Translations under genes and position numbers: made by a program
The notes under the pieces: generated by a model
The model's database searches: none
Told to the model about the DNA's origin: nothing
What the model saw: the letters and a program-made list of their open reading frames with translations, nothing else
Shown: positions 12,830 through 25,439 of the stretch, in pieces
Layout of the letters: each line of letters opens with the position of its first letter
How positions within the stretch are numbered: the stretch's first letter is position 1
Origin: Sminthopsis crassicaudata
Lineage: Eukaryota
Reading direction: 5' to 3'
Assembly: GCF_048593235.1 (NCBI RefSeq)
Contig: NC_133617.1
Location: forward strand, 738,400,958-738,464,957
DNA: 64,000 bases

Positions 12830-13440
12830 AATTTCAACTACAAAATAAAAAGGTTTTGTATGAACAAAAGGTTAAGAAGGAAAGCAGTCAGCTGGGGAGG
12901 AAGTATCTATCAAATAGCTCTGATAAGGATTGTTATCTCTGACCTATCAAAAGAGGAATGGCCATATGGCCATAGCACATGAATGCAATAGAATATTGCA
13001 AGGTTAAGTCACTTGCCCAGGGTCACACAGAAAATAAATAAATGTATGAGGCCAGGTTTGAATTTTCTTGAATCCAGGCCTGCTGGCTTTGTGCACTGTA
13101 GTACCATCGAACTGCCCAGTGGAACATTACAGAAATGTAAGAAACTATGGAGAAGTGTGAGAAGACTTCAATGAACTGATGCAAAGTAAAGTATACAAAA
13201 CCAAGAAACTTCAATAACTATGGCGATGGAAATGGAAAGAACAACAAAATAATCAAAAAAAAAGATATTATGGTCAAACAAAGACTTTTATTTCTCCAGA
13301 GAAAGGGAGTGGGTATGGAACACTGCTTATTAATCTCAGACTCAGGAGATATTGAATTGTTGGAAAAATTACTCTCCAGAAAAGGGACGGATACACCGGG
13401 AAATGTCAGTAATACAAAAACAAGACAAAAAGTTTTAATT
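12830..13440 (+). mobile_element. Old LINE-1 ORF2 fragments interrupted by a SINE
   Basis: aaatagctctgataagg..., gaagacttcaatgaactgatgcaaagtaaag resemble degenerate L1 ORF2/3' UTR; reverse SINE at ~13005-13115. Confidence 0.55.
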
Positions 13441-13599
13441 TCAGCAATTTTTAAAAGGGAAAAGGAAACTATCACTCATAGATGGTTTCTAGAAATAGCT
13501 GTCAATCCCCTGCTGAGTAAGTCCCCTTTATGACTAACTGAAGAAAGGGAGTAGGGAAAATTTGAAGAATGACTCAGTTGCCCCTTTTCAAACCGACAG

Positions 13600-14040
13600 C
13601 CAGAATGCTAGACCTGAAGTCAGGAACAACTGAGTTTAATCCCACTTCAGACACTAGCTCTGTGACCCTGAGCAAGTCACTTCACCTCTGTCCATTTCCT
13701 CAACTGTAAAAATGGGGAAAATAACACAACCAACTTTTGCTGTGTTACTGTGAAGATGAAATGAGATAAAATTTACTAAGCGCTGGCCCATAGTAGGTAC
13801 TATATAAATGTCAGCTATCATTATTAGTATTAATTGCATCTACCTCCAGGGTTATCATGAGTTATTAAGTGAGATAATATTTATGTAAAGTGCTTGGCAG
13901 TGCCTGGCGCATAGTAGGTACTATATAAATGTCAGGGATCACTGTTAGTATTATTATTATTAATCGCACCTACTTCCATGACTTTTGTGAGGATCAAATA
14001 AGATGTTTGTCTTGCATTGTATAAACCTTACATAAATGTA
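13600..14040 (+). mobile_element. MIR cluster with tandemly repeated 3' halves
   Basis: Full MIR (gtgaccctgagcaagtcacttcacctct...ctgtaaaatgggg...) followed by repeated MIR tails. Confidence 0.8.
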
Positions 14041-14966
14041 GGGGCCATTTCTAGTGTCCCTGGCTCAAACATGACTGGATCTGAAGTCAGAGGAATGGGG
14101 TCAGAAGCCTCGGTTCTGCTTCTTTACCCAGGAGTTTTCAGACAAGCCCTCTACCTCTCTGGGAGTCAGTTTCCCTGTTTGTAAAATCAAGCAGTTGCAG
14201 ATCATCCTTAAGGCAGCTGCTGCAGCCTTCCCTGCAGATTCTAATGAAAGGCAGCCCGGAGGGAGAAGCCGCAGCTGCTGTCCAGGCGGGCTGGCCGGCT
14301 GCCTATCAGCTCGCCCCAAGGTGCTGAGCTTCAGAACCCTTTTCACCCAGGTGCTGAAAGGTGGCCAACAGAGGAGCAAGCCAGAGGGAGGATGAAGAGC
14401 AGGCCAGAGCCAAGGAAGCGGAGCTGGCAGCCCGATGTGTTCCTGGCTACGGTTCCAGGTCTACTCTGAACCAGAGAACACCAGGAAGCTCTGTGGGTGC
14501 CCATGTGCCCTGGTCCCCTAGAATACAGCAGGAGCCTCTCTTCCCCACCTCCCCCTTCCAGCCTCTTCCCTTTCCAAAACAGACACCAGATGGAGCTTCT
14601 ATAAAAGGTGGGCCCCGTGGCCTAATGAGAAAAGCAGCAGCCTCGAGTTCAAATACTGCCTCGGAGGCTCACTGCCTGTGGGACCTCTTGTCTGTTTTTT
14701 CCTCTATAAAATGATTCAGGTAAGCCAGATAATCTGAGGTTTGGTCCGTGTTAATTCAGTGATTCCTTCATGATTGCCTATGACAAAACCTTTGGTAAGC
14801 CTTAACAGTGGGATTTGAACTCAGACCTTTCCCAATGCCAAGTCCGGCACTCTTCCCAGACAACCACCTAGGCTGGCTCGCTTAGTCTACCTCAGAAGCT
14901 ACAACTACAGTGGTAAAGTAGCCATTGTGTATGACTCCAACGAGATCCAAAGGACTTGGGACTGCA

Positions 14967-15137
14967 NNNNNNNNNNNNNNNNNNNNNNNNNNNNNNNNNN
15001 NNNNNNNNNNNNNNNNNNNNNNNNNNNNNNNNNNNNNNNNNNNNNNNNNNNNNNNNNNNNNNNNNNNNNNNNNNNNNNNNNNNNNNNNNNNNNNNNNNNN
15101 NNNNNNNNNNNNNNNNNNNNNNNNNNNNNNNNNNNNN
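14967..15137. other. Assembly gap (171 N)
   Basis: N run. Confidence 1.
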
Positions 15138-16169
15138 ATTTTCAAATCATATGCAAGGATAATTTTTGATACTCTCCCTTGCAAAATCTTATGAACAAAT
15201 TCTCTTAATTCTCACCTGGGAAAAACCCCAGATAAATCAGACTGGATTTGAATTCAGGTATTCCTGACTCCAGGCCCAGCCCTCTATCCGCTGCCCCCAA
15301 ATAATAGTTATTTAATAAATTTATTTGCTGACTGTCTTGGAAAGAATATTGGCTCCTGGCTTCAGGTCCCAGTTCTGCTGCTTACAACTAGCTGAGAAGG
15401 GATCCTCACTGCCCAGCCAACAGTTAGCACCTCACTAAGCCTCAACTCTACCCTCAAGCTCTGACATGTCAAGGATCACCTTGTGTGTATTTGGGAGGGA
15501 AGGATCTCCCCTCAGCTGATCTTTAAGCTCTCCTTTCAGACATAATCATCAGGAGGGACACAGTTAAGCTGAGAGCAACTAATTGAGCTTAGAGAATGGG
15601 CCAGATAGGAAGCTACTAAAATATTTCCACTCACTCCACTTTGACAGTGGCCCCACTGTGCTGATAAAACCCCACAACACCCAGCAGCCCATGTGCCTCC
15701 TCGCCTACCTCCCAAATGGCGATGGTCTGAAACAGAAGCAATTCAGAGGATGAGAAACTCCTCAGATCCCGGAAGCTGAGATGGAGAAGGGACCCGAGGC
15801 CTTCAAAGCTAAGCCCACCCACTATGGAGACCCAAGGCCAGCTGGAATCATGACTAAGAACATGCATTTCAGGACAAAACTTGGGAGTGTAATTAGGAGA
15901 AAAGGAGTCTCTTGGGTTCAAAGCAAAGTGACCTTAAATAATAAAGGGACAGAAGTCAATAGTTCCGAAAACAGAGAGGAGGGCAAAGGTCTGAAGAGAA
16001 CAAATGCATTAACAGCCTCCAAGGGCAGTGGGGAGGGAAAAACCATAAAATTCGAACCAAATTTGGCAACTGACATCATGGACCCTGAGAAGAACATGGC
16101 TCCAAAGACCAAGGACTATTTGCGAATGGAAATCTTAAGAAAAACCAAGTAAAAGCCAAGCCATGGGGC

Positions 16170-16490
16170 CTATTCTAAATCTCTCCTGGTTTCCACAGGC
16201 ACTACACTCCTCCCTAGCTGTCTTCCTCTCCCTTATCTCTTCTTGACACCTATTATCTACCTTCAGTTTTTTGGAAACTGGGACTGAAAAGAACCAGAGC
16301 TTTTCCCCTCATCTGTTCATAGTAATATTTATGGGGACATTAACTTCAGCATGTTGCTGTCACTCACATGTAACAATGCGTGAAGAGCCTAGGAGCTCCT
16401 TGAGGGCAGGTAGTCACTTTGCCTTTCTTTGTACCCCTAGTACTTAGGGCAAAGCCGGCCACATAAGAAGGGCTCTCCAGATGCTCACTG
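16170..16490 (+). mobile_element. L2 3' fragment
   Basis: gagctccttgagggcaggtagtcactttgcctttctttgtacccctagtacttag is a typical L2 tail. Confidence 0.6.
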
Positions 16491-17444
16491 ACAACCAGCC
16501 AGGATGAGATAGGAGACGTGGCCTCAAAAAACTTAAATAAAAATGAGCAGGCTGGCCTAGGTAATGGATCCTGGAGGTCCCCGTCTAGATCTAAATCTAT
16601 GATCCTATTTTTAAGACTGTGATTTCATCAGCGTGAGATAGCTCCCAGCTGGGGCATAAGCTTTCAAGGTTGTGCCTAAAAAATTCATCAATCCTGGGGC
16701 TAGGGTGGGGATGAGTCTCCAATTCCGCAAAGCCCAGACTGAGACAAAGACATACAAATGGGGCTCCTCCAGGCCCCAGAGACATGAGGCAGGAAGCCCC
16801 ACACCATCCAGAGTCCACCAGTAGAATCAGTTCTATCAGCAACAAAAATCATTCAAGAAAGGACCCTCTGGAAACGAAGAGGGTAAGACAGCAGCCATCG
16901 CCGGCAGGCCCAGATGCTATCTGGAAAGAACACCTCAACAGCTGAGCTTGCCAGGAAGCCTTCAGTGTTGGAGATAACTCAGGTTCAACTTGCCAGTCTC
17001 TCGGCGGCTTCCAAGCACTTACCTAAAAACAGACCCTCGGAGGTTCCGCCTGTGGCTCTTCAGAAGGCAAGCAAAAGGTAGGAAAGCAATGATGAGGAAG
17101 GGACAGTGGGGAAGGGAAGGGGGAGAAGGAAAAAGGGAGAGGGAAGTAAAGGGGATGAATGATACCGAGAGCCATCTTTCACTCAGGGAGCCTAATTTTT
17201 TTTAATGTCTTAATCATGATAGTTCAGCATAATTAGTTTCCTTTGTAATTCTATATATTTTATTTTCTTAAAAACAAGATTCTGAAAAAGTCTAAAGCTC
17301 ACTAGGCTGTAGCCTTGACTCATAAAAGGTTAAGCACCTCTGATAATGACTTTAAAGGCTGCAGAGGGCAGTGAATATTTAGTCATTTGTTTCTAACACC
17401 AACCAGTGACAGAGGTGCTAGTGACATTATGAGAAGGAAAGCCA

Positions 17445-17645
17445 GGTGATGTGGTGGATAGAAAGTCCTGCCTCAGTTCAAATCTGACTTTAGACTCTTA
17501 CTAGGAGTGTTTCCCTGGGCAAGTCACTTAATCCTGTTTGCCTGTTTCCTTATCTGTAAAATGAGCTGGAAAAACCCCTCCAGAATCAGTCAAGCAAACC
17601 CCAAACAGGGTCAGGAAGAATCAGACTAGCTGACTAAACAACAGA
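17445..17645 (+). mobile_element. MAR1 SINE
   Basis: CORE plus RTE-like tail (gtaaaatgagctggaaaa...aaaccccaaacagggtcagg...gactaaacaaca). Confidence 0.7.
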
Positions 17646-17739
17646 GTAGTGAAAGTGGCTTGCCTAGGATGACCTGGCTCGTTCATTCTGACTATCTCAC
17701 ACCTCTCACATTGGCTAAGACGTCAAGAAAACATAATGA

Positions 17740-18395
17740 TAAATGTTAGAGGGGATGTGGGAAGAGTGGGATACTAATGCATTGTTGGTGGAGTTGTGAA
17801 CTGATCCAACCACTCTGGAGAGCAATCTGTAACTATACCCAAAGTGCTATCAAACTGCATACCCTTTGACCCAGCAGTGTCTCTACTGGGCCTGGATCTC
17901 AAAGAGATCCTCAAGGGGAAAGGCCCCACATGTGCAAAACTGTAGCAATTCTTTTTGTGGTTGCAAAGAACTGGAAAATGAGTTGACACTCATCATTTGG
18001 GGAATGGCTGAACAAGCTGTGGTACGTGAAGGTAATGGAATATTATTGTTCTACAAAAAATGACAAACAAGCTGATTCTAGAAAGATCTGGAAAGATTTA
18101 CATGAACTGATGCTGAGCAAAACAAGCAGAACCAAGAATACACTGTATACAGTAACAGCAAGATTGTGAGATGATCAACTATGAAAGACTTGGTTCTTCT
18201 CAGTGGTTCAGTGATCCAAAGCAATCCCAACAGACTTTGGACTGAAAATGCCATCTGCATCCAGGAAAAGAACTGAGGAGACTGAATATAAATCAACAGA
18301 CTATGTTCACTTCTTTCTGTTTTCTCTCTCATGTTTCCTCCTGTTCTGACGTTTCTCTCCCAACATGATTCATAAAGCAATGTGTATTAAAAAAT
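17740..18395 (+). mobile_element. LINE-1 ORF2 3' end + 3' UTR (older subfamily)
   Basis: gttagaggggatgtggga...ctaatgcattgttggtggagttgtgaactgatccaacc...tttgacccagcag; frameshifted ORF2 zinc-knuckle region. Confidence 0.9.
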
Positions 18396-19849
18396 ATATT
18401 TTAAATCCTCATCCTGATTCCAAGACTTGCTCTCTATCTGTCATGTTGTGCTTCAAAACAAAAGTTACCACTGACTAGAGCCATCAATAAAATAAACTTC
18501 CATTAAAAGCAACAAGCTCTCTTTCTATCAGCAGTATTTAAGCAGAAACTTAATGACCATGGATGTCATCAGAGGTATTAGGAAAGAATTCTTAGCTGTT
18601 CAAGACGTTCTCCGAGGAGCCCGGAATCTTAGAGTTCAAGGGATCTCTGAGACCGCTTAACTCTAAGCTAACAGAACCAAGTTTGGTACACAGCCGGGAC
18701 CCAGTGCTTTGGACACTCTCCCCACACTTCCAAAGGATCTGACACCAAATGTCACAAAGGGGCCCAGACCCAAGTTCTCTGGAGCCGACGCAGGATTTCA
18801 AGCACTTCTCATCCACCAGGTTATTAAAATCTGGCTGCCTTTTACATAAGAAACTGCCACAAGCGTTTCAATATGAAGCATCTTCGGCGCCATAAAAGCA
18901 TGGACAGCAAAGTAAGTGGAACCAGGTGATCAATCGGCACCAGTCACAGCAATATAAAAATGAGACAAAGCAAGAAAATGGATTCTCTCAATAGGAGACC
19001 CAAGGCCAAGTAACTGTAATCACCAATCTTGGCAAGGCAGGGGGTGTCTATTAAGCACTCACTGTGTGTCTGGTGCTGTGCTAAGCTCTCAACCCTCTAA
19101 ATCCCTCCTCCATCTTTGAGTGAGGGAGAAGAGGATTATGGGAGCAAGAAAGCTGCATGCACTTTCAGACTCGCTGTGTGGATTGCTTTTCCTTTTTGAC
19201 AAGGCCGATGACTAAGGAGGTAGGAGTGGGCCAAAGCAAGAGGGAAGAACATCCATGTGGGACTATGATATAAAAATTAAAAAGGCAGCAATAAAACTTT
19301 TTAAAGGAAAAAAAAAATTGGTCTCTGTCCTCAATTATGATCCTTGCAATAGTTTATTGCAATAGAGTGCAATAAAGTTTATACCATTCTTTTTTCTAAT
19401 GTTACAAACTCCTCCGGGCCTGTCTCTCCCGGTAAACCCTGAAAAATGCAGAGTCTGAAAGAGTCTGTGGGCCCAAGCACTGCCAGGTTGGTCTGGATCT
19501 CCTTGCAGACCCTAAATCTTGCAGGCATTGACTGGGCAATATGCCTAATGGGAAAAAAAATAACATCAACCTGGAGAGAATCCAAATCTAGCTATAAGAG
19601 ACTATCTGAGTAAACTGAGGCATGTTACAAATTATAGGGAAATTATAATTGCCACTAAGATTGGGGAACAGGAAAAAAAATTTTAATTAAATTTTAAAAA
19701 GATTTGAAGTACATGGTGAAAAAAAAAGGAAATCTCAACAGAAAATTTATAAAATAAAGAAAAGGGGGTTAAAAAAAAAAACAGATCAGAACAGAACCCT
19801 CACTGTGTGGGAAAGTGTCTAATATGGATGAATGGACAAAGAAAGCTGA

Positions 19850-21130
19850 CTCACTTTTGAAGGCCTTTGGATGTGATTTCTGACCCCGCACCCCTACCCT
19901 CCTCTACTGAAACAGCTCTCAAAGGTTATCTAGACTCTCTTAACTGTTCAATGCAATGGCTTTTCTTCAATCCTTGGTCTCTAAGGACCTCTGACCCCTT
20001 TAGCCTTTGATCCCCTCCTTGAAGATGTTCTTTTTTCACCTTTGCTTCTAGAACACCCACCTCTGGCTCTGAGCATTCTTTTGGTATTCTTTAATGGATT
20101 CCCAACCCCTAAATGTGTGTCCAGCACCTTCGTTTCTTTTCTTATCCTCTGTCTCTCTCCCTCCATTCCTCTCACTTCTCTGCTGCACTTGCTTAATCAA
20201 GACTCCTTCAGATCTACGTAAATAATGATTAAAACTATATAGCCAGTACTAATCCCCGCTGAACTCCAGGCCCCCTCCCAGAAACCTCAGCAAGTCCAAG
20301 GGGGAAGTCAGTATCTTCCTCTCTAAGTCCACCTCTCCTCTCATTTTCTCTATTTTTTTGGAAGGGACCTCCATCTCTCCAGCATCCCAAGTGGAGTCAA
20401 ACCAACCTTTCCTTTAATCCCCCCCACACACACACACATAAATGCATCCATGGAAACTTGTGGCTCCTCCTCCCATATCTCTACTGTCCAAAGCTAATTC
20501 TTGACCCACACAAAAACAGGCTTCGCATCACTTCTCTCCTGGATGGTGCAATGGTGTGATCCATTTCTCTAGCATGAGTTCTCTGCATGGCTGCCACTAT
20601 TATCTTCCTAAATGATAGGACAAAGACCTCACTACCCTGACTAATAGCTTTTGGTAGCTCCCTATTGCAACCTTGTTGCACTCTCAGTTTCTCACCCTCC
20701 CTATCCATGTATCCAAACTGCCAAGTCCATCATTCCATTTCCACAGCATCTCCCATGCAACCCTTTCTCTCCTTTCACATGGTTCTGGTCCAGGCTCTCA
20801 TGACCTCTCGACTGGACTTCCCAAAGTCTTTTCATCCATCCCCCTGCCTCCAGTCTCTCCCCAACTCGACCCACTTTCCACTGCATTGCCAAAGTGCTTT
20901 TTAAAAAAGGCATCTCCCTATTCAAACTCCAGTGGCTCCCTAGTACCTCAAAAATCCAACAGATAACCTTCTGTTTGACATCTAAAGTTCTCACAACCTG
21001 ACTCTATCTGTCCAATTTTCTCCTTCTTTACCTCCCGCTATGAATTTTATGGTCCAGGTTCTACTAATCTACTTCTTGGCAGGACACTCATGTCATACCC
21101 TTGGATGGTATTCTCCATGTCCTAGGAAAC
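19850..21130 (+). mobile_element. Degenerate L2 segment
   Basis: Pyrimidine-rich L2 ORF2/3' motifs (ctactgaaacagctctcaaaggtt, gatttctctagc, ttcaaactccagtggctccc). Confidence 0.6.
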
Positions 21131-21224
21131 TGGGGTAGGGGGAATCTTGGGAGCTAATTTATCTGATGAGGTTTTTTTTTTTTTTAATCACATTAAATTA
21201 TCACATATTAAAAATTATATGGAG

Positions 21225-21990
21225 GAGTCAAATTTACAGGAGTAAGAATCATTCCCCAATTGATAAATGGTCAAAAGATATGAATAGACAGTTTTCAGAG
21301 GAAGCATATTATAAAAAAAGCTCAAAGTCAGTAATAGTTAAAAAATTAGTAATTAGAAAAAAAGCAAACTCATCAGGTTGCCTAAGATAAAAAGGGAAGA
21401 CAAAATGTTGGAGAGAATGTGTGAAAATAGGTGCATCAATGCCCTAGTGGTGGAGCTATGAAAAAGTCCAAACATTCTAGGAAAGCAGTTTGCAACTCTG
21501 CCCTCAAAGTCATTAAATTGTGCATATCCTTTGATCCAAAGATATTGCTCTTAGAGCTATATCTCAAAGAGATTTTTTTAAAAAGAGGAAAAGGGGTCAA
21601 AATGTACAAATATATTCATTTAAAGCAGCTTTCTGAGGTGAAGAATTGGAAACTGAGGGGAAGTCCATCAATGAGGGAATGGATGAACAAGTTGTGGTAC
21701 ATAGTTGTGATGGTCTAAGAAATGATGAAAAGAGATAAAAAGAAAAGATGAAGGGGAAGGTTTCAGAAAAACTGGGAAGATTTTATAAGAACTAATGCAA
21801 AGTGAACCAGAATAATGTACACAATAATTATATTCATAATCAACTATGAAAGCCCTAATTAGTAATTCTCATCAACACAGTGACCAACCATAATTCCAAA
21901 GAACTCATGATGAGTTCCAAGTACTATCTACCTCCAGAAAGAGAGCCCAAAGTCTCTGAAGATTGAAATTTATTTTCTTCTGATTCTTCC
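21225..21990 (+). mobile_element. Old LINE-1 ORF2 3' segment
   Basis: ccccaattgataaatggtcaaaagatatgaatagacagttttcagaggaag and gcatatcctttgatcc; ORFs 21166 and 21431 carry degenerate ORF2 peptides. Confidence 0.85.
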
Positions 21991-21999
21991 AGTCTTTTT

Positions 22000-22095
22000 T
22001 TTTATTCTTTCTTTCCTTCCTTCCTTTCCTTCCTTCACTCTAAATCTTCACTTCTCCCTCCTTCCCTTCCCCATCCTTTCTTTTTCTTTCTTTCC
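22000..22095. repeat. Polypyrimidine (TTCC/TTTC)-rich low-complexity tract
   Basis: Directly visible ttccttcc/ctttctt repeats. Confidence 0.85.
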
Positions 22096-22297
22096 TTCAT
22101 CCTTCCTTCCTTTTAGAACATGACCAATGTACAAATTTGTTTTGTGTCTATATAGGTGTAATCGATTTCTTTTTTCTTACCCTTCAATGAGAGGAAGGAA
22201 AGAATTTAACCACTGAAAACTAATTTTTTTTAAAAATGAATTTTTTTTACTTCAAAGCCAACCTCAGATACTACCTACTTTAAGAAAACTTCATCTA

Positions 22298-22629
22298 CAC
22301 TGGGAAATGAATGTAAACTGTTATTTTTACCTTCTGAATCCAATTCTTCCTGTGCAACAAAAAATTCGGTTCTACACACATATATTGTATCTAGAATATA
22401 CTGTAATATATTTAACATATATAAGACTGCTTGCCATCTGGGGGAGGGGGTTGGGGGAGGAAGGGAAAAAATCTGAATAGAAGTAAGTGCAAGGGATAAT
22501 GTTGTAAAAAATTACCCATGCATATGTACTGTCAAAAATGTTATAATTATAAAATAAAAAAAAAATTTAAAAAAAATTACAAAAAAAAAAAAAAAAAAGA
22601 AACCAATAGCAGGAAAAAAAAAAAAAAAA
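22298..22629 (+). mobile_element. LINE-1 3' UTR end with perfect 16-bp TSD
   Basis: aagaaaacttcatcta at 22282-22297 and 22630-22645; L1 3' UTR between them ending in long A-tracts. Confidence 0.92.
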
Positions 22630-22645
22630 AAGAAAACTTCATCTA

Positions 22646-22855
22646 ACATGTATTTCAATCTAACATATATTTCAACATATTTAGCATGTATGGGACTACC
22701 TGCCAGCTAGGGGAGGGGGAGGGGGAAGGAAGGGAAAATTTGGAACAGAAGATTTTGAAAGGGTCAATGTTGGAAAAATTACCATATGCTTTGTAAATAA
22801 ATAAATGAACAAAGTGATAGATAAATGAATGAATAAATAAAAAGAAAAGGAAAAA
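22646..22855 (+). mobile_element. Second, older LINE-1 3' end directly abutting the previous one
   Basis: aacatatatttcaacatatttagcatgtatgggactacctgccagctaggggagg...ggaaaaattacc, then an A-rich tail. Confidence 0.8.
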
Positions 22856-24379
22856 ACTTCCCTCTCCCCACCCTCTCCCCACCCCTACTGCCCTATTCCT
22901 TTTCTCTCCTCTTCTCCCTCCCTCTCCTTCTCTCCAAATGACCAGGTAGTTGCTTATCCAAGGCTGCCCGCTAAGCTCCCAGGAGCCAGAGGCTGGTCCA
23001 CTGGTTATTTTGTATGCAGACTTGTACAGAGGACAGAGCTCTGGGAATTAAACCACTCAAAGTTAGGGAGAGAAAAGGGAATGATGTGGATTTGGATCTG
23101 GGTCTTCTAAGCCGACTTGCAGGGACTCACTCCATTGAACTACAGGGGTAATTTCCTGCACAAGGTAGACCCTTCGGAGTTGGCTGACCAGAGTTAAAGG
23201 CCTGAGTGTGTATTAAGCCTGTTCTCAGAGCCCAGGGCCTGCCACAGCTGCCCCCTCTCCTCCCCGTTCCCCGGGCTGCCCAGCCAACCTACCTATCCAC
23301 ACAATAGCTTCATTCTCAAGCAAGCAAGCAAAGGGCGCCTTCCCCCACGGGAAGGGCTCAGGAATGTGCTCTCAGATTACAACAAACAGAACTAGCCAAA
23401 TCGCTCCGCTTAGCAAGGCAGGGAGCTGCTTGTCCAGAAGGTATCCAACAAAAAACAAAGGGAGCCTGGCTGCTGGAGGGGGAGGTCTGCCGAAAGAACC
23501 CGGTCTGGTTTTAATAGACTCCCAGATTCTTAACCTGCCATGTCCCCCTGCCCCAAGACTGCCTGGATCAGCGCCACTCCAAGCCCACCGAAAGGCAAAG
23601 GTAGCTGGGGGAAGGGCTAGAAAACTGGGGACACTGGGGAGGAGAGAGACCCATAAGACCTGGATTCAAATCCTGCCCATCTCATCACGTGTGGGACCTG
23701 GACAAATAACTTCTCATCTGGAAATTTGTTAATGGACTTGAGGTCCCCATGGCCCTTCAAGCTCTACCTCGTGGGGGCTTAACCAGGGGCCCAGGAACCT
23801 GATTGTTATGGAATTTGGCTAACTGGAGTCCTGGGCATTTTATTTCCTGCATTTAAAAGCCTGTTTCAGAGAAGGGAGATTGCGTGTTTCACACCACATG
23901 CCAAAGGGACCAGTGCCCCCTGAGAAGGCACAAGATGGATGGCTTGTTCGGGTCGCTGCAAACTCTCAATCTGTGAATCCTTAAAAGAAAACCAAAGAAA
24001 TCAGCCCTCTGATTAGTGGGCACAAAACATAGTCCTCACATCTATAGGAAAAAGGAATTGAGATCAATTCACCTAGAGGAACTGGGCTACAGGACTGTCA
24101 AAGGACCTCATTCAAATGCTCCCTCCCATGATTCCTAGCTTTAGGACATGGGAGAAGTGATTTCCCGGGACTCATTTCCTCATGTATAAAATGGAAGATT
24201 ATTCATTCCAACTCTGTACCTCTGACTCCATGACAGGAGGGAACAGAGTCACTGTGTTAAGATCTATCCCCCTCACCATGATGCAGGGGATCTGGGGGGG
24301 CGAGCACAGGGTGGCTAAAGCTGCACGAGCCAAGCAAAAGGCTGAGCAGGCAGAAATGGGCCCAGTTCCTCAGGCAGGC

Positions 24380-24790
24380 TTTTAAAACCTTCACGCCTCT
24401 CCCCATCTTTCCAGCCTTCTCTCACCTTCCTTCCCACACCCACATGTCTGGATCCAGTGCCAACGGCCTCCTTGCTGACCCTCAAACTGGGCGCTCCATC
24501 TTCTGCTTGCCCAGCCTGGAATTCTCTTCCTCCTCATTTCCAAATCTTGGAGTTTCCTCCAAATCCCAACCAACATCTCACCTTCCACCAGAAGCCTCTG
24601 CCCATCACCCTTCCTCTGGTGGCTATTCCTTATTTAGCCCCTAAATAGCTTGTCGGTACATAGCATGTGGTCTCCCCATTAGGCCCCATGCCCCTTTGAG
24701 GACTGGTTCTACCTTTTGCCTTTCTTTGGAGCTCCAGCACTGAGCCCGGTTCCTGGTGCAGAGTAAGTACTTAATAAAATCTCTGCTGAC
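24380..24790 (+). mobile_element. L2 3' fragment
   Basis: Ends in the L2 tail cccggttcctggtgcagagtaagtacttaataaaat. Confidence 0.65.
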
Positions 24791-25439
24791 TTAATTTAAT
24801 TTTCCCTGAAGGAAAGCTTACTTATAGGGACATAAGAACTAAATTTACTAAGTTCACTATGAACTTCTTAAGAGGCCACCGAGGGATCAATTTTGCCCAC
24901 GAGTTAACCAAGCAAAAACCTCCTGCCCAGCGGGATATTAAAGGGTCCGGTTTTCCCCGTAAAAGTTCAGAAACTTAACTCATCCTTGCTTCTTGTCCAC
25001 TAGCTAAGGCATCAGCCCCCAACACACCATCCCTGTTAATATTTAAAGAGAGCAGGAAAAGCTGGGGGTGAAGTCATTTCTGGCCCAGGGATCAGTTTGT
25101 GGCAGCTGTCAACAAAGATTCCCCTGAAAGTCCATTCCAATCCACTCCCCTCCCACCCAAACCATTTCCAATTTCAGATCCCACAATTACAGAGAAAAGG
25201 AATCAGCAAACTCCAATGGCCTTTTTAAGGGGGCATGGGTGAGAAGGGGGCCAACTTCCTTGCCTACGTTGGGTTCATTGACACTCTCAAGTGACCTTTA
25301 ACTTCAAGTTCTCAAGTTACATCATATCAAGAGTAAGGAAATAAGGATTCATTATGTCCAGAACTAGAAAAAGGACTCCAGTTCAAGATTTTGGAGTATA
25401 GAGCCTTAATAAAGATAGAAGAAAGGTTGGCTTGAGGCA

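Noticed and set aside
14882-15194. ORFs full of X here and at 43394-43784, 45301-45726 and 60976-61233
   Set aside because: Artefacts of translating N runs.
15781-16152. 123-aa ORF, and similarly 10115-10570, 14361-14714, 37078-37518 and 54630-55181
   Set aside because: No recognisable domain or pseudogene hallmarks (polyA, TSD); lengths are within chance expectation, and 37078 lies in L2. A tblastn/PhyloCSF check was not possible.
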